Below are positions 16,948 through 26,555 of a stretch of DNA of 40,000 bases, piece by piece; the stretch's first letter is position 1, and each line of letters starts with the position of its first letter. A program made the translations under genes and the position numbers. Below the pieces are notes generated by a model. That model was not told the origin of the DNA. It saw only the letters and a program-made list of their open reading frames with translations, and ran no database searches. The DNA comes from Erwinia phage vB_EamM_MadMel, in the sequence record MG655269.1; one strand, 5' to 3'.

Positions 16948-18435
16948 ATGATGCATGAAATGCAAGCAGCGCAACCGGCACTCGTGCAAGAAGGTGGTTT
17001 GACAGCGGTTGTGGGAAACCATGACCAACACTTCTTCATGTTGTCGCGTCCACCCATCATTGCTAACGACTATGACCTCTCGATCGAAGCTGACCGACAA
17101 GCCCTGAATAACCATCTGCGGGTGAGTTATGATACGGACATGTTCAGTGTCAAGCCGAAGTGTCAGTGTGGACATACCAGCGGTGGTGATAAAGTTGGAA
17201 AGCTGTGTGTAAAGTGCGGCACGAAGGTCACCACTGTAACCGAAGAAGAGATTGAGTCTCAGCTCTGGTTACGCAAGCCTGAAGGTGTAAAGGGCTTCAT
17301 TAACCCACAGTTATGGTTATTGTTCTTTGAACCGTTTAATGTCAAAGGGTTCAATCCAATGGAGTGGTTTGCAGACCGTTCCTATACTCCAGCCAAGGGG
17401 GGTATGGATTACAAGAACAAAGATGTGTACAAAGTCTGCGCGGACATGGGTATCGAACGAGGCATAAACTCCTTGTACGATAACTTTGACGCTATCGTAA
17501 CAAACCTACTTAACTCTCCGGTCGTGCGTGATCAGGTCACGTCACAAGAAGTGCTGCGTCAACGTTCTGATTTGTTTATTAAATACCGTGATCGTTTCTT
17601 CTGTGAACACTTACCGATGCCCTCCAAGCTGATGTTTGTGGTGGAGTCCAATGCAACCGGTCGCTATGCTGCTCCTGAGATGAAACTGGCTCTGGATGCA
17701 GCGTTAACCGTCTGTTCAGCAAAACGCCAACTGCATACGGTGCGGGATGTGCGCTTTAATGAAAGCATTGCGATTAAAGTGGTCCGTCAGATCTCGAAGT
17801 TCTATGCGACACATGACAGTGACAACTTTGCGGGTAAGTTAGGGTTACTGCGTAAGAACATTGCTGGGGCAAAACATCCGTGGACCGGTCGTTGTGTGAT
17901 TACCTCGCACACGGGTGATCATGACATGGATGAAGTGATCCTGCCACGTTGTTTGGCGATCCCGATGTTGAAATACCACATCATCAACAAACTGCGTCGT
18001 CGGAACTACACCCCAACACAATGCCTCAAACTGATCCAGGCGGGTATTAAACAAACCATCCCAGTGATCGATGAGGTGTTAGATGAACTCCTCGCAGAAA
18101 GCCCTACAGCGTCGATACGGGTATATGTGCAACGAAACCCAACCCTGCGTTGGTTATCGAACCGCCGGTTCCATTGCCGAACCATCAACCGTGATCCAAA
18201 TGACATCAGTATCCGTATCAGTACCTTATCTATCAAATCCTCGAATGCGGACTTTGATGGTGATGAACTGAACGTGATGTTACAGCTGGATAACGTCTCA
18301 GCGAACTATGCGGAAGCGTTCGGTTCACACAACTGTGTGCTAGACATGAACACTCCGCTGAAGATCTCTGGTGACGTGGGTCTGCCGGGTACGTTGATCT
18401 CGACCATGAACCGTTGGATGTACAGTAACGACTAA
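16948..18435 (+). CDS. RNA polymerase beta' subunit, N-terminal part (phiKZ gp55-like non-virion RNAP)
   Basis: Zinc ribbon CQCGH...CVKCG, AKHPWTGRCVIT, RNPTLRWL, and catalytic SSNADFDGDELNVML. Confidence 0.93.
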   Translation: MMHEMQAAQPALVQEGGLTAVVGNHDQHFFMLSRPPIIANDYDLSIEADRQALNNHLRVSYDTDMFSVKPKCQCGHTSGGDKVGKLCVKCGTKVTTVTEEEIESQLWLRKPEGVKGFINPQLWLLFFEPFNVKGFNPMEWFADRSYTPAKGGMDYKNKDVYKVCADMGIERGINSLYDNFDAIVTNLLNSPVVRDQVTSQEVLRQRSDLFIKYRDRFFCEHLPMPSKLMFVVESNATGRYAAPEMKLALDAALTVCSAKRQLHTVRDVRFNESIAIKVVRQISKFYATHDSDNFAGKLGLLRKNIAGAKHPWTGRCVITSHTGDHDMDEVILPRCLAIPMLKYHIINKLRRRNYTPTQCLKLIQAGIKQTIPVIDEVLDELLAESPTASIRVYVQRNPTLRWLSNRRFHCRTINRDPNDISIRISTLSIKSSNADFDGDELNVMLQLDNVSANYAEAFGSHNCVLDMNTPLKISGDVGLPGTLISTMNRWMYSND

Positions 18436-18441
18436 ACTTAT

Positions 18442-18471
18442 GGCCAGGGGTAATTCCCTGGCCTTATTACC
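18442..18471 (+). terminator. Hairpin GGCCAGGG-TAATT-CCCTGGCC then TTATTACCG
   Basis: Perfect 8-bp stem followed by a TTAT motif. Confidence 0.7.
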
Positions 18472-18486
18472 GACGGGATATTTTTT

Positions 18487-19134
18487 ATGGATAATTTGCT
18501 TGAAAGGGGACGGTTTCTTCTTGAGAACACTGCAGCCGCCATGAACCCTTATCCTTACACGATCATTTTCGTCACCACCCCAATGGATTGGGATGCCGTG
18601 GTCACTGCCATGCATGCTAACGATCCTGCAGCAAACATCATTAAACATAAAGGACAGTTCACGACCCGGCGCGATTACCAATATGTCATTTATCGAGATG
18701 AACATTGGTATATCGCTGGTGCGAATATGAGAAGCCTGCCTTACAACCATTACCATACCGGTGCGATGCTCGGCATTGCCATGGACCTGGGGCATGAAAT
18801 CATTATCGATATCAGCAATCGCATCGGGAATGATGCGACTGCAGCTCCGGCGATAACGGCGATCATGCACGATTGGTTTATGGTCAACTGGCGCGAAGCT
18901 GTATGCGTGACCCATGAGAACTACCTGGCATTTATTCCGGACGATGATTACTTGTACTTGAGTAACAACAAAAAAATACTCAGGCAAGTGATTCGCGCAC
19001 AAGAACAACTGGGATCGCCCTTGGCATTGACGTCGGCGTTACAGCGTGAGTGTCAGCGCCTGATGAACACCCAGGTGATGATCGAGCCCACTGGTTGGAA
19101 CGCCACTACGTACTACAGCGGAGGTGAGGTATGA
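18487..19134 (+). CDS. Zincin-like paralogue 1, active site apparently degenerate (215 aa)
   Basis: Same architecture as next two genes (FIFVTTPMDWDAVV..., C-terminal EPTGWNATTYY); HExxH position reads GHEIIID. Confidence 0.6.
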   Translation: MDNLLERGRFLLENTAAAMNPYPYTIIFVTTPMDWDAVVTAMHANDPAANIIKHKGQFTTRRDYQYVIYRDEHWYIAGANMRSLPYNHYHTGAMLGIAMDLGHEIIIDISNRIGNDATAAPAITAIMHDWFMVNWREAVCVTHENYLAFIPDDDYLYLSNNKKILRQVIRAQEQLGSPLALTSALQRECQRLMNTQVMIEPTGWNATTYYSGGEV

Positions 19135-19802
19135 CGTTTGCTGAAGCTGAACAGTATATTTACAGTCTCAGTCAAGACGGCGGGGTCTATAAACAAGAGT
19201 TCATCTTTGTGTTTGATCCCGAGTCGTGGGATAAGGTGAACCTAGCGCTGGATATCCTGGACAATAACCGTGGGATCTGGGTGAAGAACGTCGGAGAGTT
19301 CAAAACCGCTGGTATGACGACCTACGGACCGGTGTCGGGAAGGCTTAAAGGGTATGTTGTTATTGCTGTCCATTTCATGGGCGAACGTAAACTGTTCAAT
19401 CCAGGGTATCTGCAGCATGTGTTGAATACCGCGACCCATGAGTTGGTCCACGCTGCTCAGTTCGCTGTTCGGGCGCAGAGCTACCATGATCCATTGATTG
19501 CTGTAGAGCCATTGGCTTACCTGACCGGCTGGCTAATGGAGAAATGGATCTATGCGGTCTGGGAGAAGTTTAAAATCACGATTGCAACAACACCCACCGG
19601 CGAGATCTCATACAACGTGTTGTTTGACATGCTGTATCGGTTTAATGACCGCCGGCTGGCAGATCGTCTGTGTGAGCTCACCATGACACAGATTCAGAGT
19701 GCTTTAGTTAGGGAGTCGATTAACAGTCTGAATAACGTGGCAGTGGTAAACGATATCGGTTGGTCCTCGACAACGTATCTGGATGGAGTTAACAAGAAAT
19801 GA
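19131..19802 (+). CDS. Putative zincin-type metalloprotease paralogue 2 (223 aa)
   Basis: THELVH (19437-19451) plus downstream EPLAYLTGW glutamate candidate; C-terminal NDIGWSSTTYL. Confidence 0.6.
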   Translation: MTFAEAEQYIYSLSQDGGVYKQEFIFVFDPESWDKVNLALDILDNNRGIWVKNVGEFKTAGMTTYGPVSGRLKGYVVIAVHFMGERKLFNPGYLQHVLNTATHELVHAAQFAVRAQSYHDPLIAVEPLAYLTGWLMEKWIYAVWEKFKITIATTPTGEISYNVLFDMLYRFNDRRLADRLCELTMTQIQSALVRESINSLNNVAVVNDIGWSSTTYLDGVNKK

Positions 19803-20425
19803 AGATGCCGGTCAGTCAGTATGTAGATAAGTTTCTATTAAGGCTGTTCCCTTATCCGCGGCAGTTTATCTTTGTCACCAGTGTTGCGGATTTTGATGCG
19901 GTGGTTACCGAACTGGCACGTCGGCAGACTGCGGCTGGGATTAGCAATAAATGGCTGAGTCACAGAGGGCATTTCAAAGGGAATGGGATTTGTGCTTCGG
20001 GGAATCAGATCTGTGTATTAGGTGCGCTTTATGATACCGGCACGCAGATCAGTCCGGCTAACATCGCCGGGACGATCGGTACCATGCAGCATGAAATCCA
20101 ACACATGTTACTGCATACCTGTGCACAGATTGGTTATAACCCGATGCGCGAACACGAACCGTTTACGTATTTAACGAAGTGGGTGTTTGAGTTGTTCCTG
20201 GCGTTTATGCGTAATTACCACGGCGTGATGATCACCGATGTGCAGCGGCAAGATACTGGTATGCTGAGTCGGTTGCAGAAGGGAGGGGCTTTTGAGTTAC
20301 TGCACGCCCTGCCCGTTGAAAATGTTCGAGATTCATTAGCAAGAGAATCTCGTGCATTATTAAACAACGCGGTGGTCGTCAGTCCTATTGGTGCATCCCG
20401 TTCCACAACCTATTTCGAATTATAA
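19799..20425 (+). CDS. Putative zincin-type metalloprotease paralogue 3 (208 aa)
   Basis: QHEIQHM (HExxH, 20090-20104) plus EPFTYLTKW; C-terminal SPIGASRSTTYF. Confidence 0.6.
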   Translation: MKMPVSQYVDKFLLRLFPYPRQFIFVTSVADFDAVVTELARRQTAAGISNKWLSHRGHFKGNGICASGNQICVLGALYDTGTQISPANIAGTIGTMQHEIQHMLLHTCAQIGYNPMREHEPFTYLTKWVFELFLAFMRNYHGVMITDVQRQDTGMLSRLQKGGAFELLHALPVENVRDSLARESRALLNNAVVVSPIGASRSTTYFEL

Positions 20426-20431
20426 TTAACC

Positions 20432-20457
20432 CGACCAGGGAAACCTGGTCGTTATGC
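20432..20457 (+). terminator. Hairpin CGACCAGG-GAAA-CCTGGTCG + TTATGC
   Basis: Perfect 8-bp stem with GAAA loop. Confidence 0.65.
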
Positions 20458-20474
20458 TAATTAAGGAGGTAAGT

Positions 20475-21176
20475 ATGGGTATGTATACCGGCGTCTCATT
20501 TCGTTTGAAGGTCAGAAAAAATGCACCCTTGCCGGTGTTAGAGTTCATGGATAAGTTCTTCATGGAAGGTGAAACACTGCAAGCAGTGAAAGACCTACAG
20601 AAAGAAACGGGTATCCAGTTCCAGTCCACAGCCATTGCATTACCGGGTGATCAGTTTCATTACAGTGAAATTGCCGATATGGTCATGATGGTTCGCGGGC
20701 ACTCTTCCAGTTTTGAAAGCTGGTACTGGCGTGTTAAAGAAGATAAGGGCGATTACTGGTTGTATGAAACCCGCGCCAATACCAAACGCCCTCACCATGA
20801 CCTGGCCGCCAACCTTATCCAGGCATTATTACCATGTCTGGTTATCGAAGAAGGTGAGGTGGTGCTGCGCTCCATTTATGAAGACAGCGCCCAAGAACGC
20901 GTTCTGGCATTGGTAAATGGCAAGATTATTGAGGAACGTGGTTATGAGTACGAGGATGAATACAATAGCCCGTGGAATGAAAAGGCGCCGATAGATTATG
21001 TCAAGGGTGATTTTGGTGCAATTGCACATATCCGCATCACCGAGGAAGAAGAGTTCACACCACCTTGGACCTTACAGGAACTGCGGGCCGGTGAAGAAAA
21101 AGCACGGTTAGAGAAAGAAGCCGAGCACGAACGGATACGGGCAGAGGGCGGTGGTTTCGGTTTCGGTGGTTGGTAG
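20475..21176 (+). CDS. Hypothetical protein (C-terminal FGFGGW tail)
   Basis: RBS aaggaggt upstream of ATG 20475; intact ORF. Confidence 0.8.
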   Translation: MGMYTGVSFRLKVRKNAPLPVLEFMDKFFMEGETLQAVKDLQKETGIQFQSTAIALPGDQFHYSEIADMVMMVRGHSSSFESWYWRVKEDKGDYWLYETRANTKRPHHDLAANLIQALLPCLVIEEGEVVLRSIYEDSAQERVLALVNGKIIEERGYEYEDEYNSPWNEKAPIDYVKGDFGAIAHIRITEEEEFTPPWTLQELRAGEEKARLEKEAEHERIRAEGGGFGFGGW

Positions 21177-21204
21177 TTTTAATTAATTTAACCTGAGGTG
21201 CATT

Positions 21205-22233
21205 ATGAAACGTTTGGACGAACCAGAATTCTTGAAAGGTGAACTTAAGAATATCACCTATGTGGCCGGCACTAAAAAGATCGGCTGGCTTGATAAACTC
21301 AATCGTGCACTAACTGAAAATAAAGGGAAGGTAACGCCGTATAAGTTTTTGCGGGCCCGCGATCTACACGATGCGTTTAAAGACGCGAAATTCAGTACCA
21401 AAGAACAGAGTGAATTTCATAAACTGGTCTCTGATCCGGTGCAGGGAGACTTTTGGGTATCAAGTATGTTGATGCTGTGGTTATGGTCAATCAACCGCGT
21501 GGTGTACCGCCTTCCCGTTGAATTGTTTGCAGCCGCTAACCAGAATTATGATGTGGGTAACGTTCCTATCGAAACCCTTACCCGTATGCCGCAGTGGACT
21601 ACGTGTATCGCAATGGACTGGGAAGGCATTGCAATAGATAAAGACGGGCATTGTCAGCGCGGTCTCTTTTACAGTCTACAAATGCTCAACGGGAAAGAGT
21701 ATCTGCAGATAGAGTTGTATGTCACGTTCCATCGCAGTGAATCAGGCACTGTTAAGTTTGGGTCGTATACCCTGCTTATTGATACTTCCAAGACAAATGT
21801 CAGAGAAGGTATGGAGCAGGCACTGATTGATATCCCCAAATATCAAAACATGGGGATGTCTTCAAGTGTTCGTATCGGGCTTGATGAATCTGAAGATATG
21901 CTTAGCGATATTATCACTGCGATCTCGCTGGTTAACGGTGAACACCGAAAATCAGAACTGGGCAAGACGGATATCAAATGGCCAGGCTACCAAATTCAAG
22001 GTACGTCAGGCTACAAGATCCGCCCGCGTTTGAAAGCAGTAGAGTTCATGGTGGGTGAAGAATACGTTCCACAGTTACGTGCGGCTGGCATCTCTAACGA
22101 GCGTTCACAACGTAAGAGTCATATTCGTTGTGGTCACTGGCACACGTACTGGTTAGGTCCTCGTAGCGGTCCACGTACGCAAGAGCGGTACTGGCTAATG
22201 CCAATTGTTGTTTCTGGTAAAGCACCAGAATAA
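21205..22233 (+). CDS. Hypothetical protein (342 aa)
   Basis: Intact ORF with RBS gaggtg. Confidence 0.85.
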   Translation: MKRLDEPEFLKGELKNITYVAGTKKIGWLDKLNRALTENKGKVTPYKFLRARDLHDAFKDAKFSTKEQSEFHKLVSDPVQGDFWVSSMLMLWLWSINRVVYRLPVELFAAANQNYDVGNVPIETLTRMPQWTTCIAMDWEGIAIDKDGHCQRGLFYSLQMLNGKEYLQIELYVTFHRSESGTVKFGSYTLLIDTSKTNVREGMEQALIDIPKYQNMGMSSSVRIGLDESEDMLSDIITAISLVNGEHRKSELGKTDIKWPGYQIQGTSGYKIRPRLKAVEFMVGEEYVPQLRAAGISNERSQRKSHIRCGHWHTYWLGPRSGPRTQERYWLMPIVVSGKAPE

Positions 22234-22256
22234 TCCAATTTAAATAAGGGTAGTTT

Positions 22257-22958
22257 ATGAACGGTATGAAGATGATGATTGGTTCCCTGCCACTGAGCAG
22301 CATGATGGGTGGTAGTCGTTCAGACGCGGGGACTTTCAATCCTGCAGCGCACGCTGCCCCTTTCCGTGCAGTTGGCGAGTACATCGCGGATGCAGCGTTT
22401 GAAGATCGTGGGGTATTGGTTTCTGCAGACGGGATCGTTGCTACTGTGCGAGCCAAAAAGGTGACCTTCCAGGAAGCCGCAGATGCCCGCGGTGCAGCCA
22501 CTGGACTGTATGCCATTATGTTCCCAGTCACTAACGGGGCGAAAGACGATACTGTCGTGATCACCACTACCAGTCAGGCTGTGTTGTTTAACTTACTGGC
22601 AGTTGAAGATCTCCCTGATGAACTGTTTGTGCAGTTTGGCCTGGCAACGAATGCCGCGACGGTGAAAGCCATGACCAATGACAACAACGACCATATCCGG
22701 GTACTGGCCAATGCCGGCGGTATCGCCCCAAGCAATACTTCTCCGTCCCATTTGATTGTGGACAAGCAGCGCAATCTGATCATTGGTCATATTGTAAAAG
22801 AAGGTGATGATCAAGCAGACTTCAGTATCTTCGCCGCCTCACGTAAATCCAAATCATCACAGGACTACATTATCAACGTGAGTACCGATGATAGTGATAT
22901 CATCAAGCATATCGTCCAAGCTACAGTGGAAGAGATTGCACTGGGAGACGCGGTCTAG
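22257..22958 (+). CDS. Hypothetical protein (233 aa)
   Basis: Intact ORF. Confidence 0.85.
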   Translation: MNGMKMMIGSLPLSSMMGGSRSDAGTFNPAAHAAPFRAVGEYIADAAFEDRGVLVSADGIVATVRAKKVTFQEAADARGAATGLYAIMFPVTNGAKDDTVVITTTSQAVLFNLLAVEDLPDELFVQFGLATNAATVKAMTNDNNDHIRVLANAGGIAPSNTSPSHLIVDKQRNLIIGHIVKEGDDQADFSIFAASRKSKSSQDYIINVSTDDSDIIKHIVQATVEEIALGDAV

Positions 22959-23015
22959 TCTGTAATTGCAGACAAAACCGGCGGATGATATAGCACCAGA
23001 AATTAAGAGGTAACT

Positions 23016-23828
23016 ATGGTGGTAAGAGGTCAAGGCGGTATTGAGAAGGGACACAAATACGGTCGTCTTACTGCCGTACGTTTTATAGGTAAAAATAAAA
23101 ATTACATGGCTAACTGGGAGTGGTTATGTGATTGCGGTAAGACTATTCAGGTCTATGCCGGGGATGTTAAATGCGGGCACACTACATCTTGCGGGTGTTA
23201 TGTTAGAGAAATGATGGCTGATAAACAAACCACTCATGGCTTAAGCAAGACTCGGGAATACAAGATATGGGCAGGGATGATAAAACGCTGCACGAATGCT
23301 AATGTCGAAAACTATCACCTGTACGGCGGTAGGGGTATTAAGGTTTGTGAGAAGTGGGCTTCTTCATTTGAAGAGTTTCATAAGGACATGGGTTTTGCAC
23401 CGAGCAAACAACACAGCATCGAGCGTATCGATGGTGATGGTAATTACGAACCTGGTAATTGTAAGTGGGCAACGAGTGCAGAACAAAGTGCTAACCGTAA
23501 TAATAACCGCTGGGTTGAATATAAAGGCGAGCAGAGATTACTCTGTCATGTTGTCGCTGAAATAGATACCCATGCAACAACTGTTTATTATTGGACGGAT
23601 AAGGGGCTCACGGCTGATGAAATAGAAACCGTTGTAAACAGCACCCTTAAGAAAGGATTCAGGTTCTATGCACCTAGTGTAACTCATGTTGTCCTAAAGG
23701 CAACTGATTCATTAGCAGCAGTAATGGGAAAAGACTTTCATGTTGTTGTGAACAGCAGTCATGATCAACACGGTAACGTAGTGTCTAAAGTCGTTCACGG
23801 GCATGTCAGGAAAATTAACCAGGAGTAG
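23016..23828 (+). CDS. HNH-type homing endonuclease (270 aa)
   Basis: Motifs THGLSKTREYKIWAGMIKRC, YHLYGGRGIKVCEKWASSFEEFHKDMG, SIERIDGDGNYEPGNCKWATSAEQSANR are diagnostic of phage HNH/AP2-associated homing endonucleases. Confidence 0.85.
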   Translation: MVVRGQGGIEKGHKYGRLTAVRFIGKNKNYMANWEWLCDCGKTIQVYAGDVKCGHTTSCGCYVREMMADKQTTHGLSKTREYKIWAGMIKRCTNANVENYHLYGGRGIKVCEKWASSFEEFHKDMGFAPSKQHSIERIDGDGNYEPGNCKWATSAEQSANRNNNRWVEYKGEQRLLCHVVAEIDTHATTVYYWTDKGLTADEIETVVNSTLKKGFRFYAPSVTHVVLKATDSLAAVMGKDFHVVVNSSHDQHGNVVSKVVHGHVRKINQE

Positions 23829-23832
23829 AGTA

Positions 23833-24480
23833 ATGAGTGTAATGACCGGTGGATTTGGTGCTATTAACGCGTTAATGTCGAACGGCAGACCGACGCAAGG
23901 AGCACTTGAGTATTTTAACAATCAGTATCAGGGCATGCTGCAAGCAGCGCAGCAGGTGGGTAGTGTAGCGATGCAGCAGATCTATCAGATCGCAACACAC
24001 ACCTATGAAAACCTGATGCAGACCCGTCCGTGGGAACTGGCAGAAGCAGCGTTGCGTCAAACAGTGCACATGTTTGACCCGAACACGGTTCGTCAGCTTC
24101 TCAACCTGGCTGATATGCAAACCGCCAAACCGATCATGCAGCGGTGGGTGATGGCGCAACCGGATATCCGTCAGATGTATCATCAGCAGCGTATCGATGG
24201 TTACAGCGAAACGTATGAAGATGCCCAACCAGGGATGGTAGGTGCAGACCATTATGATTATCGTCGTGCAGCAAACGGCATGTTGCAGTTTGCACACACT
24301 GAAGAGGTGCCGATGGCGTCTTGGCAGGCGACGACCTATTATGAGCGTCTGGTAGAAGGTGATAACGAACTGTCGTTCCATGAGAAGCGTGACATCCATG
24401 TAACCTGGGATGCGTGTCTGAATCTGATGAACACACAGGCGTATGATCCGACCTCCATCTTCAACATGAAGCTGGCGTAA
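23833..24480 (+). CDS. Hypothetical protein (215 aa; ATG at 23833)
   Basis: RBS gagtagag before ATG 23833; intact ORF. Confidence 0.8.
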   Translation: MSVMTGGFGAINALMSNGRPTQGALEYFNNQYQGMLQAAQQVGSVAMQQIYQIATHTYENLMQTRPWELAEAALRQTVHMFDPNTVRQLLNLADMQTAKPIMQRWVMAQPDIRQMYHQQRIDGYSETYEDAQPGMVGADHYDYRRAANGMLQFAHTEEVPMASWQATTYYERLVEGDNELSFHEKRDIHVTWDACLNLMNTQAYDPTSIFNMKLA

Positions 24481-24488
24481 GTTAATCG

Positions 24489-24516
24489 GAGGAGGGGCAG
24501 CCCTCCTCTTATGCCG
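24489..24516 (+). terminator. Hairpin GAGGAGGG-GCAG-CCCTCCTC + TTATGCCG
   Basis: Perfect 8-bp stem and exact motif. Confidence 0.8.
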
Positions 24517-24528
24517 TTTGGGGGTAGC

Positions 24529-24753
24529 ATGGCAAAAAAGGAACTCACGATGAAGCGACTTCAGATAGACATCTCTGAACAGGGCTTTAGCAAACTCAAT
24601 GCACTCAAGGTGAAAATGGAAACCACTGCCATGGGTAGCGTTGTCAGCCGCGCCTTATCGATTACCGATCGTTTGTTCACCGCCAAGGAGAAAGGCAGTA
24701 AGATCCTGATCGTGGATAAAGATGGTAATGTCACCGAAATCGAATTACTGTAG
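24529..24753 (+). CDS. Small protein, possible ribbon-helix-helix-like regulator (74 aa)
   Basis: MKRLQIDISEQGFSKLNALKVKMETTAMGSVVSRAL pattern (beta strand + two helices); weak. Confidence 0.55.
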   Translation: MAKKELTMKRLQIDISEQGFSKLNALKVKMETTAMGSVVSRALSITDRLFTAKEKGSKILIVDKDGNVTEIELL

Positions 24754-24761
24754 AGGTTAAC

Positions 24762-24989
24762 ATGGCTTGGTCCAAACGCCGTGCAAAGAAACGCATCATT
24801 CACTTACGTGGTTTTCATTATCGTGTTCAATCACGTAGTATCGCAATCTGGGAACAGTATCGCGAATATCATCAAAATCGACCATTTGGATCTGGCGTTG
24901 GTTTATTGATGTTACTTGACCCTGAAACTGGTTGTCCAATAGGAGCTCATCGTGGCCTTAAGCAAAACAAAAATAAAGCGTCGTACTAA
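24762..24989 (+). CDS. Hypothetical protein (75 aa)
   Basis: Intact short ORF, overlap with next. Confidence 0.6.
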   Translation: MAWSKRRAKKRIIHLRGFHYRVQSRSIAIWEQYREYHQNRPFGSGVGLLMLLDPETGCPIGAHRGLKQNKNKASY

Positions 24990-25236
24990 TGCGCTGTATA
25001 ACTACAAAACGCTGGTTGAACGCATTAGCTATAAATGCATGATAGCCCACATCGATGCTCAGGGTATCAAGCTTGAATTGAACCGCACGGGTTCGTCAAT
25101 TAAAAGTGAAGACATTCCTGCTGCAAAAGAAGCCCGTCTTGCATTGAAACGCGAAATCGTCCGTCTGCGGAATATCCAGGGGCGTCGTCGTATCGTGAAT
25201 GCCGGTAAGATCAAAGCGGCAATCAGCCAGTATTAA
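24952..25236 (+). CDS. Hypothetical basic protein (94 aa)
   Basis: Intact ORF ending at terminator. Confidence 0.7.
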   Translation: MALSKTKIKRRTNALYNYKTLVERISYKCMIAHIDAQGIKLELNRTGSSIKSEDIPAAKEARLALKREIVRLRNIQGRRRIVNAGKIKAAISQY

Positions 25237-25239
25237 TAG

Positions 25240-25270
25240 AAGGGACTTCGGTCCCTTTATTTTTTTTTGT
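25240..25270 (+). terminator. Rho-independent-like terminator AGGGAC-TTCG-GTCCCT + T-run
   Basis: Perfect stem with UUCG loop and poly-T. Confidence 0.8.
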
Positions 25271-25306
25271 CTTGAATAATGAAATTTTTACGCTGTAGAA
25301 AATCTT

Positions 25307-25338
25307 AGACCTATATAACGGCACTGATAGAGTAATCT
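25307..25338 (+). promoter_or_regulatory. Promoter-like element AGACCTATATAACGGCACTGATAGAGTAATCT
   Basis: Near-identical upstream module at 25913-25943; shared half with 14626-14657. Confidence 0.5.
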
Positions 25339-25359
25339 AAATTAACTTACGAGGTTATC

Positions 25360-25890
25360 ATGAAAAACACTACTTTTCTAATTGAGACCCTGAAACGTAC
25401 CTTGGAAGAGCTGGACCAGGCAACGTTATCAACTGAAGAAAAAATTGAATTAACCACCATGGTTGAGAAAGAACATTTTGCTAAGCTGTTCGGTGTCCGC
25501 GCAGAAGAAACCACTCAGTTAAGTGAGCGCGATTTCTCTAAACTGACCGGTTATCAGTACAACAGTGTTTACGCGGGGTTAGATTTGGTTGGTAATTTTG
25601 ACTGGGTGATCACGGCGGATGGCGCAGTCGTAACAAGAGAAATGCCTCATCACGGCAGTAACCATTGGTTGCCACCGCACAGGCAATTTATATTCAGACT
25701 GATCGATGAAGGTCGTGAAATATTTAATGAAGGCACTAGACTGCTTGTTATCAGAATTGAGAACACCATCACCAAAGAGGTCTTTTCAATTAACTTTGAA
25801 GTTGCTGATATTCAAATCGGCAGTGCGGTTGTTAAAATGGTTGAGCGTTATCTGTTCGATTATTACAGGGTCAGCGTCAAGAAACTGTAA
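25360..25890 (+). CDS. Hypothetical protein (176 aa)
   Basis: Intact ORF, RBS gaggtt. Confidence 0.8.
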   Translation: MKNTTFLIETLKRTLEELDQATLSTEEKIELTTMVEKEHFAKLFGVRAEETTQLSERDFSKLTGYQYNSVYAGLDLVGNFDWVITADGAVVTREMPHHGSNHWLPPHRQFIFRLIDEGREIFNEGTRLLVIRIENTITKEVFSINFEVADIQIGSAVVKMVERYLFDYYRVSVKKL

Positions 25891-25912
25891 AATATGAGTT
25901 GCAGAAAATCTC

Positions 25913-25943
25913 AGACCTATATGACTGGGGTGATAAAGAGTAG
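25913..25943 (+). promoter_or_regulatory. Promoter-like element AGACCTATATGACTGGGGTGATAAAGAGTAG
   Basis: Second copy of the 25307 module. Confidence 0.5.
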
Positions 25944-25993
25944 TGAATACTCTTAACCCCTAACCCAATTAACCTTAAGTATGGAGTAGTATC

Positions 25994-26284
25994 ATGACTG
26001 TAACTTTCTCTCAGCAAATGCAGGTTGTCGAATCTATCGCTGTGATGCAGGAAAAAGCAATGGAACTGCAAGTTGCTACCAAAGCGTGTTACGACGAAGT
26101 CACCCGACTGGCCAACCGACTGGCTGACATCAACGATCCACTCGGCTTTCAGAAAGCCTATGAAGAATATCGTGCCAAGCTGGCAGAAGCGGATGTATTA
26201 GCCGATGCTACTCGCCTGGCTTACAACATGTCAGACGCTGCACTGAAAACCATCCTGGGTGAAGCTAACCCAACCTTTCATTAA
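25994..26284 (+). CDS. Hypothetical protein (96 aa)
   Basis: Intact ORF. Confidence 0.75.
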   Translation: MTVTFSQQMQVVESIAVMQEKAMELQVATKACYDEVTRLANRLADINDPLGFQKAYEEYRAKLAEADVLADATRLAYNMSDAALKTILGEANPTFH

Positions 26285-26323
26285 TAGTTAATTACTCATC
26301 GTCATTACGCCTCGGAGAAACTC

Positions 26324-26533
26324 ATGAGCGATTTTATTAGCAACCTGTTCGAAATCGCTATTGCAGTTTCTTCTGTAGTGGCGATGGTTAAATTGATTAA
26401 ATCTGATAATGCCTATATTGCAGAAACAGTTCGTATCATCGATGCCTGCGCTTCTTTACAGGAAGGGCAAGTAATTCAGGGCGAAGTGGTTAACACCAAA
26501 GCCCACACAACCAACTTATACATCACCCATTAA
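26324..26533 (+). CDS. Small protein with N-terminal hydrophobic segment (69 aa)
   Basis: LFEIAIAVSSVVAMV segment; intact ORF. Confidence 0.65.
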   Translation: MSDFISNLFEIAIAVSSVVAMVKLIKSDNAYIAETVRIIDACASLQEGQVIQGEVVNTKAHTTNLYITH

Positions 26534-26555
26534 TCTACTTGTAAGGAATACACCT

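Noticed and set aside
16948-18435. Frameshift or pseudogene explanation for the short RNAP beta' gene
   Set aside because: Ends cleanly after the NADFDGD domain with a terminator, and the matching C-terminal half is a separate gene at 39158, as in phiKZ-like split RNAPs.
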